Assembly: GCA_964528965.1 (NCBI GenBank)
Contig: CAZGVL010000006.1
Coordinates: forward strand, 10,265 to 74,264
Length of the DNA stretch: 64,000 bases
Direction: 5' to 3'
DNA from: an uncultured Woeseiaceae bacterium
Lineage (GTDB): Bacteria > Pseudomonadota > Gammaproteobacteria > Steroidobacterales > Woeseiaceae
Translations under genes and position numbers: made by a program
In this document: in pieces, positions 18,263 to 25,584 of the stretch
Position numbering within the stretch: the first letter of the stretch is position 1
How the letters are laid out: every line of letters begins with the position of its first letter
The notes under the pieces: generated by a model
The model's database searches: none
What the model was told of the DNA's origin: nothing
Seen by the model: only the letters and a program-made list of their open reading frames with translations

Positions 18263-19831
18263 TCATTCTGACGGACCGTCCAGCAGTTCGCCCCAATTGG
18301 TTCTTTGCTGCATCTCCTCACGCGTGGCGTCATCAACAAACTGTCGTTCGCTGCTCCAGCCTCCACCCAGGCTGCGATATATCGCAATTAGATTTCGTAT
18401 GACTTCGCCGCGATTTGTCGCGTATCGTTGCTGCTGATTGAAGAGGCTTTGTTGTGCATTGAGCACGCGTAAGTAGTCGGCAAAGCCTTCCTGGTAACGC
18501 AACAACGACAGTTCGGCGGATCGATAGGCGGTCGCGACACCCTCGCTGAGAATCTTGTCCTGATGCTGCGATCCAGTGAATGCAGTCATCGCGATTTCGG
18601 CTTCGCCTGCTGCCTGAATGACCGTTTCACGATAGGCGACCAGGGCCTGCTGCAAGCGGGCATCCTCGACACGAATATTGTTTCGAATTCGGCCGTAGTT
18701 GAGGAACGGCCAGACGAACGAAGCGCCGGCTGAATAGGTCAGGCTGTCGCCACTGAATAGTTCACCGATACCGCTGTCGCCAGTGTTTGTTGTATCAGTA
18801 TTGCCCGCGGCGGCGAGACCCAGAGAGCCAACCAGGCTAAAGCTCGGATACAAATTGGCTTCGGCAACGCCTACCTGTGCATTTTGCGCCAGAGCGTTCA
18901 GCTCTGCTGCCCGAACGTCCGGGCGTTGTCGCAGCAGGTCGGCAGGTACGCCTATCGATAGCGTCGCCGGGACCTTTGGCAGCGTTCCTTCGCCACCCAG
19001 CAGCGAGTCAATATTGGCCGGCGCCATGCCGAGTAATACGCTCATCGCCGTTTTTGATTGCTGCAGCGCAGTTCGCAATCCCGGAATCGCTGCTTCCGTA
19101 CTCAATAGTAGCGTGCGCGCCTGCAGAGCATCCAGCTCAGAGTTCTCGCCATTGCGATACAGGAGCTCAGCAATGTCATAACTGCGCTGCTGAAGGGTCA
19201 GGCTCTCGTTCGCAAGGCGCAGTTGCTCCTCAGTTGCCCGTATGACGATATAAGTATCGGCAACTTGTGCTGTCAGCAATACGATTACGTCGTCGTAGTT
19301 CGCAATCGATGCGAGATAGCCGGCATCGGCGGCTTCAATGCCACGTCGAAACTTGCCCCAGAAATCGAGTTCCCAGGAGGCAGTGGCACCGAGATTGTAT
19401 TGCGTGAACTCGAGATCGCCGGCCGTCGTATTGGCGTTGCTCCTGCTGGCGCCAAGGGCAGTGGCGCTGCCGCCGAGAACCTGTGTCTGTGGGTATTTTG
19501 AGCCAGTTGCAATGCCGAGGCGCGCCTGGGCTTCGAGTACGCGTAAACCCGCAATGCGCAGTGAATTGTTTTGCTCGTACGCCTTATCGATCAGGCGGTC
19601 GAGTACCGGGTCATTGAGAATTTTCCACCAGTCGAGTAGCTCGGCGGCTTCCTGATCAAACTGTTGTTGCTCTGCCTCAAGCCATTCAGGGCTCAGTTGA
19701 ACTTCTGGCCGCACGAAGTCCGGGCCAACGGGCGCGCAGCCAACCGTTGCCGATAACAATACGGCAACAGTTGCGGAGCGGATTGACGCCAGTGTGCTGT
19801 CAGGCGTCTTCAAGTGCGGCTTGCGATTCAT
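18263..19831 (-). CDS. Efflux outer-membrane factor lipoprotein (NodT/OprM family)
   Basis: 522 aa with lipobox LLSATVGC. Has typical OMF repeats (WW..f.D..L..Li..A...N.dL: WWKILNDPVLDRLIDKAYEQNNSL) and ends ...ALGGGW. Confidence 0.9.
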   Translation of the reverse strand: MNRKPHLKTPDSTLASIRSATVAVLLSATVGCAPVGPDFVRPEVQLSPEWLEAEQQQFDQEAAELLDWWKILNDPVLDRLIDKAYEQNNSLRIAGLRVLEAQARLGIATGSKYPQTQVLGGSATALGASRSNANTTAGDLEFTQYNLGATASWELDFWGKFRRGIEAADAGYLASIANYDDVIVLLTAQVADTYIVIRATEEQLRLANESLTLQQRSYDIAELLYRNGENSELDALQARTLLLSTEAAIPGLRTALQQSKTAMSVLLGMAPANIDSLLGGEGTLPKVPATLSIGVPADLLRQRPDVRAAELNALAQNAQVGVAEANLYPSFSLVGSLGLAAAGNTDTTNTGDSGIGELFSGDSLTYSAGASFVWPFLNYGRIRNNIRVEDARLQQALVAYRETVIQAAGEAEIAMTAFTGSQHQDKILSEGVATAYRSAELSLLRYQEGFADYLRVLNAQQSLFNQQQRYATNRGEVIRNLIAIYRSLGGGWSSERQFVDDATREEMQQRTNWGELLDGPSE

Positions 19832-20897
19832 CCGGAGCCATCCAGGATTCGAAAATCTGGTACCCGAGCGCCAGTACTACGGAGCCGATGAACAATCCGA
19901 TGATGCCCTGGGTAATGGCGCCACCGATGGCGCCCAGCAAAATCACCAGCATGGGCACTTCAACGCCGCGGCCCAGCAGCATTGGCTTCAGGATCGCATC
20001 ACTGAAGCTCACAATAATTGAATAGACCAGAAATATCGTCGCCGGCACCGGATCGGCGACCGAAAAGACCCAGACGGCGATCGGGCCGAGAATGAGAATC
20101 GGTGGCAACTGTACGATCGCGAGCACCAGTACAACACCAGCCCAAATTCCGGCCCCCGGTATGTCCATCGCCAACAGGCCAATAGCGGCAAGGGCTGACT
20201 GTATCAGGGCGACGCCAAGAACACCTTTGACGACGCTGCGAACAGTCACAATCGATAAGTCTGCCAGGGCGTGTCCGCGTTCTACGCCTGCAATACTTGC
20301 TGCAATATTTCGGCTCGTCTGATAGCCGCTGCTTGCCGAGGTTAGCAACGCACCGGCAATGATCATAGACAGTACGAACTGCAATGAAGTGCCTATCGTG
20401 GAGCCAGCGAGACTTGCGGCCTTGCGGCTGGCGGACTTAATTTGCGGCGCAAATTTATTCATCGTTGCTTCGAGGTTGGTTGCGGCACCGCTCCATATCT
20501 CGTACGTCTTCTCGCCAATCAACGGCCACTCAGCAACGGAGTCTGCCGGTTGCGGAACAGTGATTTCGCCACCCGCAAGCTCGACAGAAACATACTTGAG
20601 AGCCCCCAGCGTCGACTCGGCTAACATCCAGGTGGGGATGACAATGATCGCAAGACCAATAAGGGTGAACAATGTTGCAGAAAGCTTTTCTCGGCCGCCC
20701 AGGCGTTTGGTCATGTTCGTGTGCGCCGGATATATCGCAACGCTGATTATCACGGCCCACACGACGACATTAATGAACGGAGATACAATCGTAAAGCACC
20801 ACATAATGAGCAGTACTACAGCGCCTATTTGAATGAACGCTGCCATCGCATTTGCGAGGAACGTATTGTCGACTGATGAACTATCTGCACTTGTCAT
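19800..20897 (-). CDS. AI-2E (PerM/YdiK) family transporter
   Basis: 365 aa with about 8 TM segments and a typical PerM-like profile (...VVWAVIISVAIYP..., ...LPPILILGPIAVW..., ...KPMLLGRGVEVPMLVILLGAIGG). GAGGT lies 7 nt upstream of the ATG. The 3' end overlaps the OMF start by 32 nt. Confidence 0.85.
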   Translation of the reverse strand: MTSADSSSVDNTFLANAMAAFIQIGAVVLLIMWCFTIVSPFINVVVWAVIISVAIYPAHTNMTKRLGGREKLSATLFTLIGLAIIVIPTWMLAESTLGALKYVSVELAGGEITVPQPADSVAEWPLIGEKTYEIWSGAATNLEATMNKFAPQIKSASRKAASLAGSTIGTSLQFVLSMIIAGALLTSASSGYQTSRNIAASIAGVERGHALADLSIVTVRSVVKGVLGVALIQSALAAIGLLAMDIPGAGIWAGVVLVLAIVQLPPILILGPIAVWVFSVADPVPATIFLVYSIIVSFSDAILKPMLLGRGVEVPMLVILLGAIGGAITQGIIGLFIGSVVLALGYQIFESWMAPDESQAALEDA

Positions 20898-20910
20898 GTT
20901 GTTACCTCAA

Positions 20911-21366
20911 TCATCGTTTCTTAATTACGTTATCGCCAAGCATGCCTTTCCATATCCTGGAAACAACGGCAAACAGCATGGCCGTTGACCATCCAATGAG
21001 CAACACACCGCTTAGTGCCTCGAAGCCACTCAGAACTCGCCAGACATCACTGAGTGTTACGTCGCCATAGCCAAGCGTTGTGAAAGTCACGAAAGAAAAG
21101 TAGATGGCCTCTTCAGTCGACTCAAAAGCAGAGTCGGGCAGCAAGTGCATGTACGCGAACGCCCAAATATAGATTTGAACGAGATGCAGCGTTGTAAGGG
21201 TGAGCATGGTGCTCAACAGGAACCGCAAAGACTGTCTGGACTGGGAAGACACCGAAGTTGCCTCGAATCTGCGTCCGAGGTATCGCAACCAGGCGGTCGT
21301 GCCAAACGCGTGAATCGCAACTGAGACGGCCACCAGAAATATACCGAGCAGACTATATTTGAGCAT
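20911..21366 (-). CDS. Small potassium channel (Ion_trans_2, KcsA-like pore)
   Basis: 151 aa. The selectivity filter TTLGYGD lies in FVTFTTLGYGDVTL, flanked by TM helices. Confidence 0.85.
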   Translation of the reverse strand: MLKYSLLGIFLVAVSVAIHAFGTTAWLRYLGRRFEATSVSSQSRQSLRFLLSTMLTLTTLHLVQIYIWAFAYMHLLPDSAFESTEEAIYFSFVTFTTLGYGDVTLSDVWRVLSGFEALSGVLLIGWSTAMLFAVVSRIWKGMLGDNVIKKR

Positions 21367-21676
21367 GTGATTTCTTTTTGTTGTTAGTTCTTCATAGTAG
21401 CGCCTTTACACGACCAGCGAAACAATGCGCTGATCACGGCAATAGTGGGCTTTATAGTGGTTTTAAAGGCCGCGGGAGTGATCTGGCCGGCAATAGCGGG
21501 ACAAAAGGCCACAAACAGCCAGTATTGTCAGACCGATTGAAATTGCAACGAAGTCGGAAATCTGTTGTCCTAAGATTTCGGACAAGACGGATAATCTCCT
21601 GATTGCCCGGACCGATTTCGATTTTGCATCAGAAGCTCGATGTGTTCGTCGAGCAAGATATGACGAGGAACTGCGA

Positions 21677-22540
21677 ATGCGACGCTTGCCCATCATGCTG
21701 CTTATTTCAACGTTCCTGTGCGCCACTGCTGCAGCACAGGATTTGAACGGTACTCTTAAACATATTGCCGACACCGGTGAGCTTTCGATCGGATATGTGC
21801 CGGATGCACCTCCGATGTCGTTCGTCGATGATGAAGGCGAACTGGCCGGTTATACGATCGCGCTCTGTGCGACTGTGGCGAAGGCGATCAAGAAGGCGAC
21901 CGGCCTTGAAGAAATGAAGATAAATTACGTGCCGCTGATTCTTCCTGAAGATCGCATGCGAGCTATCGAAGACGGCTTGGTTGACCTTGAGTGCGGCTCG
22001 TCGACGGTCACACTGTCGCGTCGCGAGCGCGTGGATTTCTCGTTGATGACGTTTATCACCGGTGGGACAGTGCTTTCCCTGAAGGCCTCGCCCATTCCAA
22101 CAATCGGTGATCTGGATGGGAAGACCATCGCGGTGGTGAAGGGCACGACGACGCATGAATCCCTGCGACGCTTTGCTGACTTCAACGAATTTAAGATGAC
22201 GCTAAGAATTATTGAGGCGCACTCGAAGGGCATGGAGCTGCTTGAGGCCGGCAAGGTAGATGGCTACGCGACTGATCGTGCGATGATCGTGGGACAAGTC
22301 CTGCGCTCGGAGGATGCGGCAATTTTCACCGTTACAAAAGACGTATTCTCATTTGAGCCGTATGCGCTGATGTTGAAACGTGGCGACACGCAAATGCGTC
22401 TGGTTGTCGATCGTGCGCTTGCCAGTCTGTATCGCAGCTCACGCATTCGCCGCATTCATTACGACTGGTTCGGCCGCTTCGGCGAGGAGTTGACGCCGAT
22501 TGTTGCTGCCGTCTATGAGTTTCAGGCGGTCGGCGAGTAG
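21677..22540 (+). CDS. Periplasmic solute-binding protein, family 3 (amino-acid type). Second orphan copy.
   Basis: 287 aa with a signal peptide (...LCATAAAQ). Has the SBP_bac_3 pattern (GELSIGYVPDAPPMSF.., GYTIALC.., DLECGSSTVTLSRRE). Confidence 0.85.
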   Translation: MRRLPIMLLISTFLCATAAAQDLNGTLKHIADTGELSIGYVPDAPPMSFVDDEGELAGYTIALCATVAKAIKKATGLEEMKINYVPLILPEDRMRAIEDGLVDLECGSSTVTLSRRERVDFSLMTFITGGTVLSLKASPIPTIGDLDGKTIAVVKGTTTHESLRRFADFNEFKMTLRIIEAHSKGMELLEAGKVDGYATDRAMIVGQVLRSEDAAIFTVTKDVFSFEPYALMLKRGDTQMRLVVDRALASLYRSSRIRRIHYDWFGRFGEELTPIVAAVYEFQAVGE

Positions 22541-22616
22541 CCGTATTCCGGCATGCTTGACCCCAATGCGTCACATTGAGGCGTTGGCTCCGTTCATTTT
22601 CGCAGTTGTCTGAGGC

Positions 22617-23999
22617 TCAGGCGTTCGTTCCGCTTGCTTGCAGCGGCAGGCGAATGACGACTCTAAGACCACCTTCGTCGATGTTACTGGCGGCAATGTT
22701 TCCATGGTTTTTCTGTACTGCACGGCGAGCGATTGCGAGTCCAAGCCCTGTTCCGCCCGAGCCGTGTTCGCGTAGCGCCGAATTCGACCTGAAGAACGGT
22801 TCGAATAAGCTGTCGAGCTCCGATTCGTCAACGCCGGAACCCTGATCACATACCTCGATTACGGCAGCCGCGTTTTCCCTCCGCAGCACGACCGTCACAG
22901 GATGATTTGCCGGGCTATGCCTGAGTGCATTGCGAAGTACATTCTCAAATGCGCTGCTGAGTGCCGCCGAGAAGCCACGTATCTCAATTGGACCTTCAAT
23001 CTGTAGCTCTACCGTTACACCATCAATACCGCTGGATCGACATTCGTAGCGTGCATCCTCAACGATGCTGTGCAGCAACTCGTCCAGCTGGATTGTCGTG
23101 GTCTCCCCACCCTGTCGCGATTCGATCTTCGCGTAACTGAGAATCTGGCCGATCATCTTGTCGAGGCGTTCTGTCTCGCGGTCAATTTTCGAGAATTCCG
23201 GCAGGTCGCCGGCCTCACGGCGGGCCAGTTCCAGCGCAACGCGCAGTCGAGCCAGAGGCGAGCGCAATTCATGTGACACATTGCGTGCCAGCTCCGTTTG
23301 CTGCTTCCAGGCGCGCTGCAGTTCATCAGCCATACTGTCGAAGTCGCGTGCGAGATGACCGATCTCATCTCTGCGCTTGCCAACCGATTCCGCTACTCGC
23401 GTATCAAAATTGCCAGCCGCAATCGCAACAGTCGCCTCTCTGAACCGGCTGACGGGTCTGGATATCGCCCGAGCCAGCAAATAGGACACCACAGCACTGA
23501 CCAGAATCGCGAGCAGCAAAAAATGGACCCAGGTTTTCTGCAGCAACCACTGTCCACCAGGGCCACGTTTGGGCGTAGCGAAAAAAGTATAGGTGTGGCC
23601 ATCGGGGCCGATCATTCGAGTCAAGGGGCGAGCAGGGCGCAGGATCTTTGAATCCGGGAGTGGTCGCTGACGTCGGTTGCGGGAACCACCAAATCTCCGC
23701 AGTGCCTGGACTATAGAAGAGGGAAGTTTGCGATTGAGCAAGTCCTTTCCGCTGCGGTCTATGACATACACGTCAATTCGCATATCACGTGGCAAAGTAT
23801 TGAGCCAACTCTCGAGGCCATCACGACCACCACTTTGCAGCGAAGAGCTCGCCTCCAGCATGATGTCGCTTTCCTCGAAGCTCTCAAATGCTTCACGCAT
23901 TCTCTCAGCGTAAGAGTAGCCACCGACAACAGCAACGCCGATGATGATTGCGATAATCAACCAAAAGGCAAGGAAAATACGCAGTAGCAGACTTTGCAT
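22617..23999 (-). CDS. cpxA: Envelope-stress sensor histidine kinase, CpxA-like
   Basis: 460 aa with two TM segments flanking a periplasmic domain, then HAMP. H-box SHELRSPLARL, N-box NVLRNALRHS, G-boxes DQGSGV and GGTGLGLAI. Lies immediately downstream of cpxR with a 5-nt gap. Confidence 0.75.
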   Translation of the reverse strand: MQSLLLRIFLAFWLIIAIIIGVAVVGGYSYAERMREAFESFEESDIMLEASSSLQSGGRDGLESWLNTLPRDMRIDVYVIDRSGKDLLNRKLPSSIVQALRRFGGSRNRRQRPLPDSKILRPARPLTRMIGPDGHTYTFFATPKRGPGGQWLLQKTWVHFLLLAILVSAVVSYLLARAISRPVSRFREATVAIAAGNFDTRVAESVGKRRDEIGHLARDFDSMADELQRAWKQQTELARNVSHELRSPLARLRVALELARREAGDLPEFSKIDRETERLDKMIGQILSYAKIESRQGGETTTIQLDELLHSIVEDARYECRSSGIDGVTVELQIEGPIEIRGFSAALSSAFENVLRNALRHSPANHPVTVVLRRENAAAVIEVCDQGSGVDESELDSLFEPFFRSNSALREHGSGGTGLGLAIARRAVQKNHGNIAASNIDEGGLRVVIRLPLQASGTNA

Positions 24000-24004
24000 C
24001 AGAG

Positions 24005-24691
24005 CTATTCCCTGGGGACCAGGCGATAGCCAACACCACGCTGGCTGACGATGGCCGGGTCGGTGAGCCCGGCCCGCTCAAGTTTGCCGCGCAGGTTGCT
24101 GATGTGAGTATCAATGCTCCGGTCATAGGGCAGCAGTCGTCGCCCGAGAGCCTGCTCGCTCAGGCTTTCTCTGCTGACAACGCCGCCCTGCGACTTGATC
24201 ATGCAGCTCAGCATTTCGAACTCTGTTCCGGTAAGCCGCACCGAGTTTCCATTTGCGGTGACGCTGCGCGTGCGTGTATCAAGCTCCAGTTCTCCCGCGA
24301 CCAGACGGTCCGGGACCTCGCTGCCTCGTCCTGAGCGTCGCAGAATGGCTTTGAGTCGTGCTACCAGTTCGCGCGGATTGAAGGGCTTGGCGATGTAGTC
24401 GTCCGCACCAAACTCGAGCCCAAGAATGCGGTCAATATCCTCGCCTCTGGCGGTAAGCATGATCACCGGGATGTCGCTGGTCTTGCGAATCTCCTTCAAC
24501 ACATCGAGTCCATTCATGCCAGGGAGCATGATGTCGAGTATCAGCAAGTCGAATTCGCCGCTGTGCAATGCCTGCAATCCATCTTCGCCCGTATGGCAGG
24601 CGCTGAGCTTGAGATGATCGGGCGCCAGGTATTCGCTCAGCATCTCGCTGAGTTCGCGATCGTCGTCAATGATGAGGATGTTGGTTACCAC
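24005..24691 (-). CDS. cpxR: OmpR-family response regulator, CpxR-like
   Basis: 228 aa. ILIIDDDRELSEMLSEYL...DLLILDIMLPGMNGLDVLKEIR...PVIMLTARGEDIDRILGLEFGADDYIAKPFNPRELVARLKAILRRS is close to E. coli CpxR along the receiver domain. Confidence 0.8.
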   Translation of the reverse strand: MVTNILIIDDDRELSEMLSEYLAPDHLKLSACHTGEDGLQALHSGEFDLLILDIMLPGMNGLDVLKEIRKTSDIPVIMLTARGEDIDRILGLEFGADDYIAKPFNPRELVARLKAILRRSGRGSEVPDRLVAGELELDTRTRSVTANGNSVRLTGTEFEMLSCMIKSQGGVVSRESLSEQALGRRLLPYDRSIDTHISNLRGKLERAGLTDPAIVSQRGVGYRLVPRE

Positions 24692-24884
24692 GTACTGTCG
24701 CCTGCCTGCCCGGATTCAGACTGCATCGTGGCGCAACATTGTCTGGCATTCAACGCCATATCGCCCACCCTGACAAATCTTTGCAGTACTTATGAGTTAG
24801 CTGACAGTAAGCCGGATACAAGTCTGTATGGTGCATACATCACCCGAGTTGGTGAATCTGTTGAACACGAAAGGAGATTTAAAA

Positions 24885-25418
24885 ATGAAACTGCATGTAT
24901 TGGTAATCGTGGCTATGTTGACTGTATCAGTGGCGGGAGCCGTTGCGTTGGCGGAGTCCAGTGAGGGCTGGGAGCATGGCAAGCGAGGCATGCAAGGCTT
25001 GCGTGAAGGCGGATTTGGCGATCCTGCCAGGATGGTCGAGAAGATGTCGCAACATTTGGCGCTGGACGATGTGCAACGGCAAAGCGTGCAAAACATTCTT
25101 GATGCCGCAAAACCGGAAATGGACGCAATGCGTGAACGTAAGCAGGTCGTTCGAGAGAACAAGCAGGCGCTTGAAAGTGCGGACGATGCGAGTCGATCTG
25201 CGTTGATTGGGCAGATTGCTATTGAAGAAGGTCAGCTACTCACAGAAGGAATCTTGCTTCGAGACCGAGTTCATACTGATATCAGTGCAGTGTTGAACGA
25301 TGAGCAGCGCGCGCAACTCGCTGAATTTCGCAACCACCGGGGTAAACGCGGCGGTGACCACAAGTCTCGCCAACGGCCGGAAACAGACCAGGATAGCGCT
25401 GCGGCCGAACGTCTGTAG
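24885..25418 (+). CDS. Periplasmic Spy/CpxP-family (LTxxQ) protein, divergent from cpxRA
   Basis: The start was set at the ATG at 24885, with AAGGAG 9 nt upstream. This gives the signal peptide MKLHVLVIVAMLTVSVAGAVALA. LxxxQ motifs: LALDDVQRQSVQNIL and VLNDEQRAQLAEF. Confidence 0.75.
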   Translation: MKLHVLVIVAMLTVSVAGAVALAESSEGWEHGKRGMQGLREGGFGDPARMVEKMSQHLALDDVQRQSVQNILDAAKPEMDAMRERKQVVRENKQALESADDASRSALIGQIAIEEGQLLTEGILLRDRVHTDISAVLNDEQRAQLAEFRNHRGKRGGDHKSRQRPETDQDSAAAERL

Positions 25419-25432
25419 CGGCAACGCAGGTC

Positions 25433-25465
25433 TGATCAAGGACAAGGCTTTGATCAAGGACAAGG
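25433..25465. repeat. Direct repeat TGATCAAGGACAAGG x2 with an 18-bp period, just downstream of the cpxP-like stop
   Basis: Read directly: copies at 25433-25447 and 25451-25465. Coordinates were checked against the translation of ORF 25300-25563. Confidence 0.85.
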
Positions 25466-25471
25466 TGCCGG

Positions 25472-25530
25472 CGACAGGATGTGGATTCTCCAATCCCCCT
25501 ATGACACATCCTGTCGTTCGGTTTCCTATT
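25472..25530 (+). terminator. Perfect 12-bp inverted repeat (CGACAGGATGTG ... CACATCCTGTCG, 21-nt loop) followed by TTCGGTTTCCTATT
   Basis: The arms are at 25472-25483 and 25505-25516, in the gap between the convergent cpxP-like and M28 genes. The loop is large and the U-tract interrupted, so terminator function is plausible but not certain. Confidence 0.45.
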
Positions 25531-25584
25531 GAGCTTGCGAGGAGACTCGCATCAGCTCGATGATCGCGTAACACGAACCCTGAA

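Noticed and set aside
18247-18387. 47-codon N-terminal extension of the HlyD ORF
   Set aside because: It would overlap the 3' end of the OMF gene by 125 nt. The ATG at 18246 gives the usual short cytoplasmic tail plus a single TM.
21367-21676. 310-bp intergenic region with an imperfect 10-bp hairpin (21554-21582) and a 103-aa minus-strand ORF (21463-21774)
   Set aside because: The hairpin has a G-G mismatch and no U-tract. The ORF overlaps the SBP start, is Arg/Ser-rich and has no RBS. An sRNA or regulatory role cannot be excluded, but nothing in the sequence supports one.
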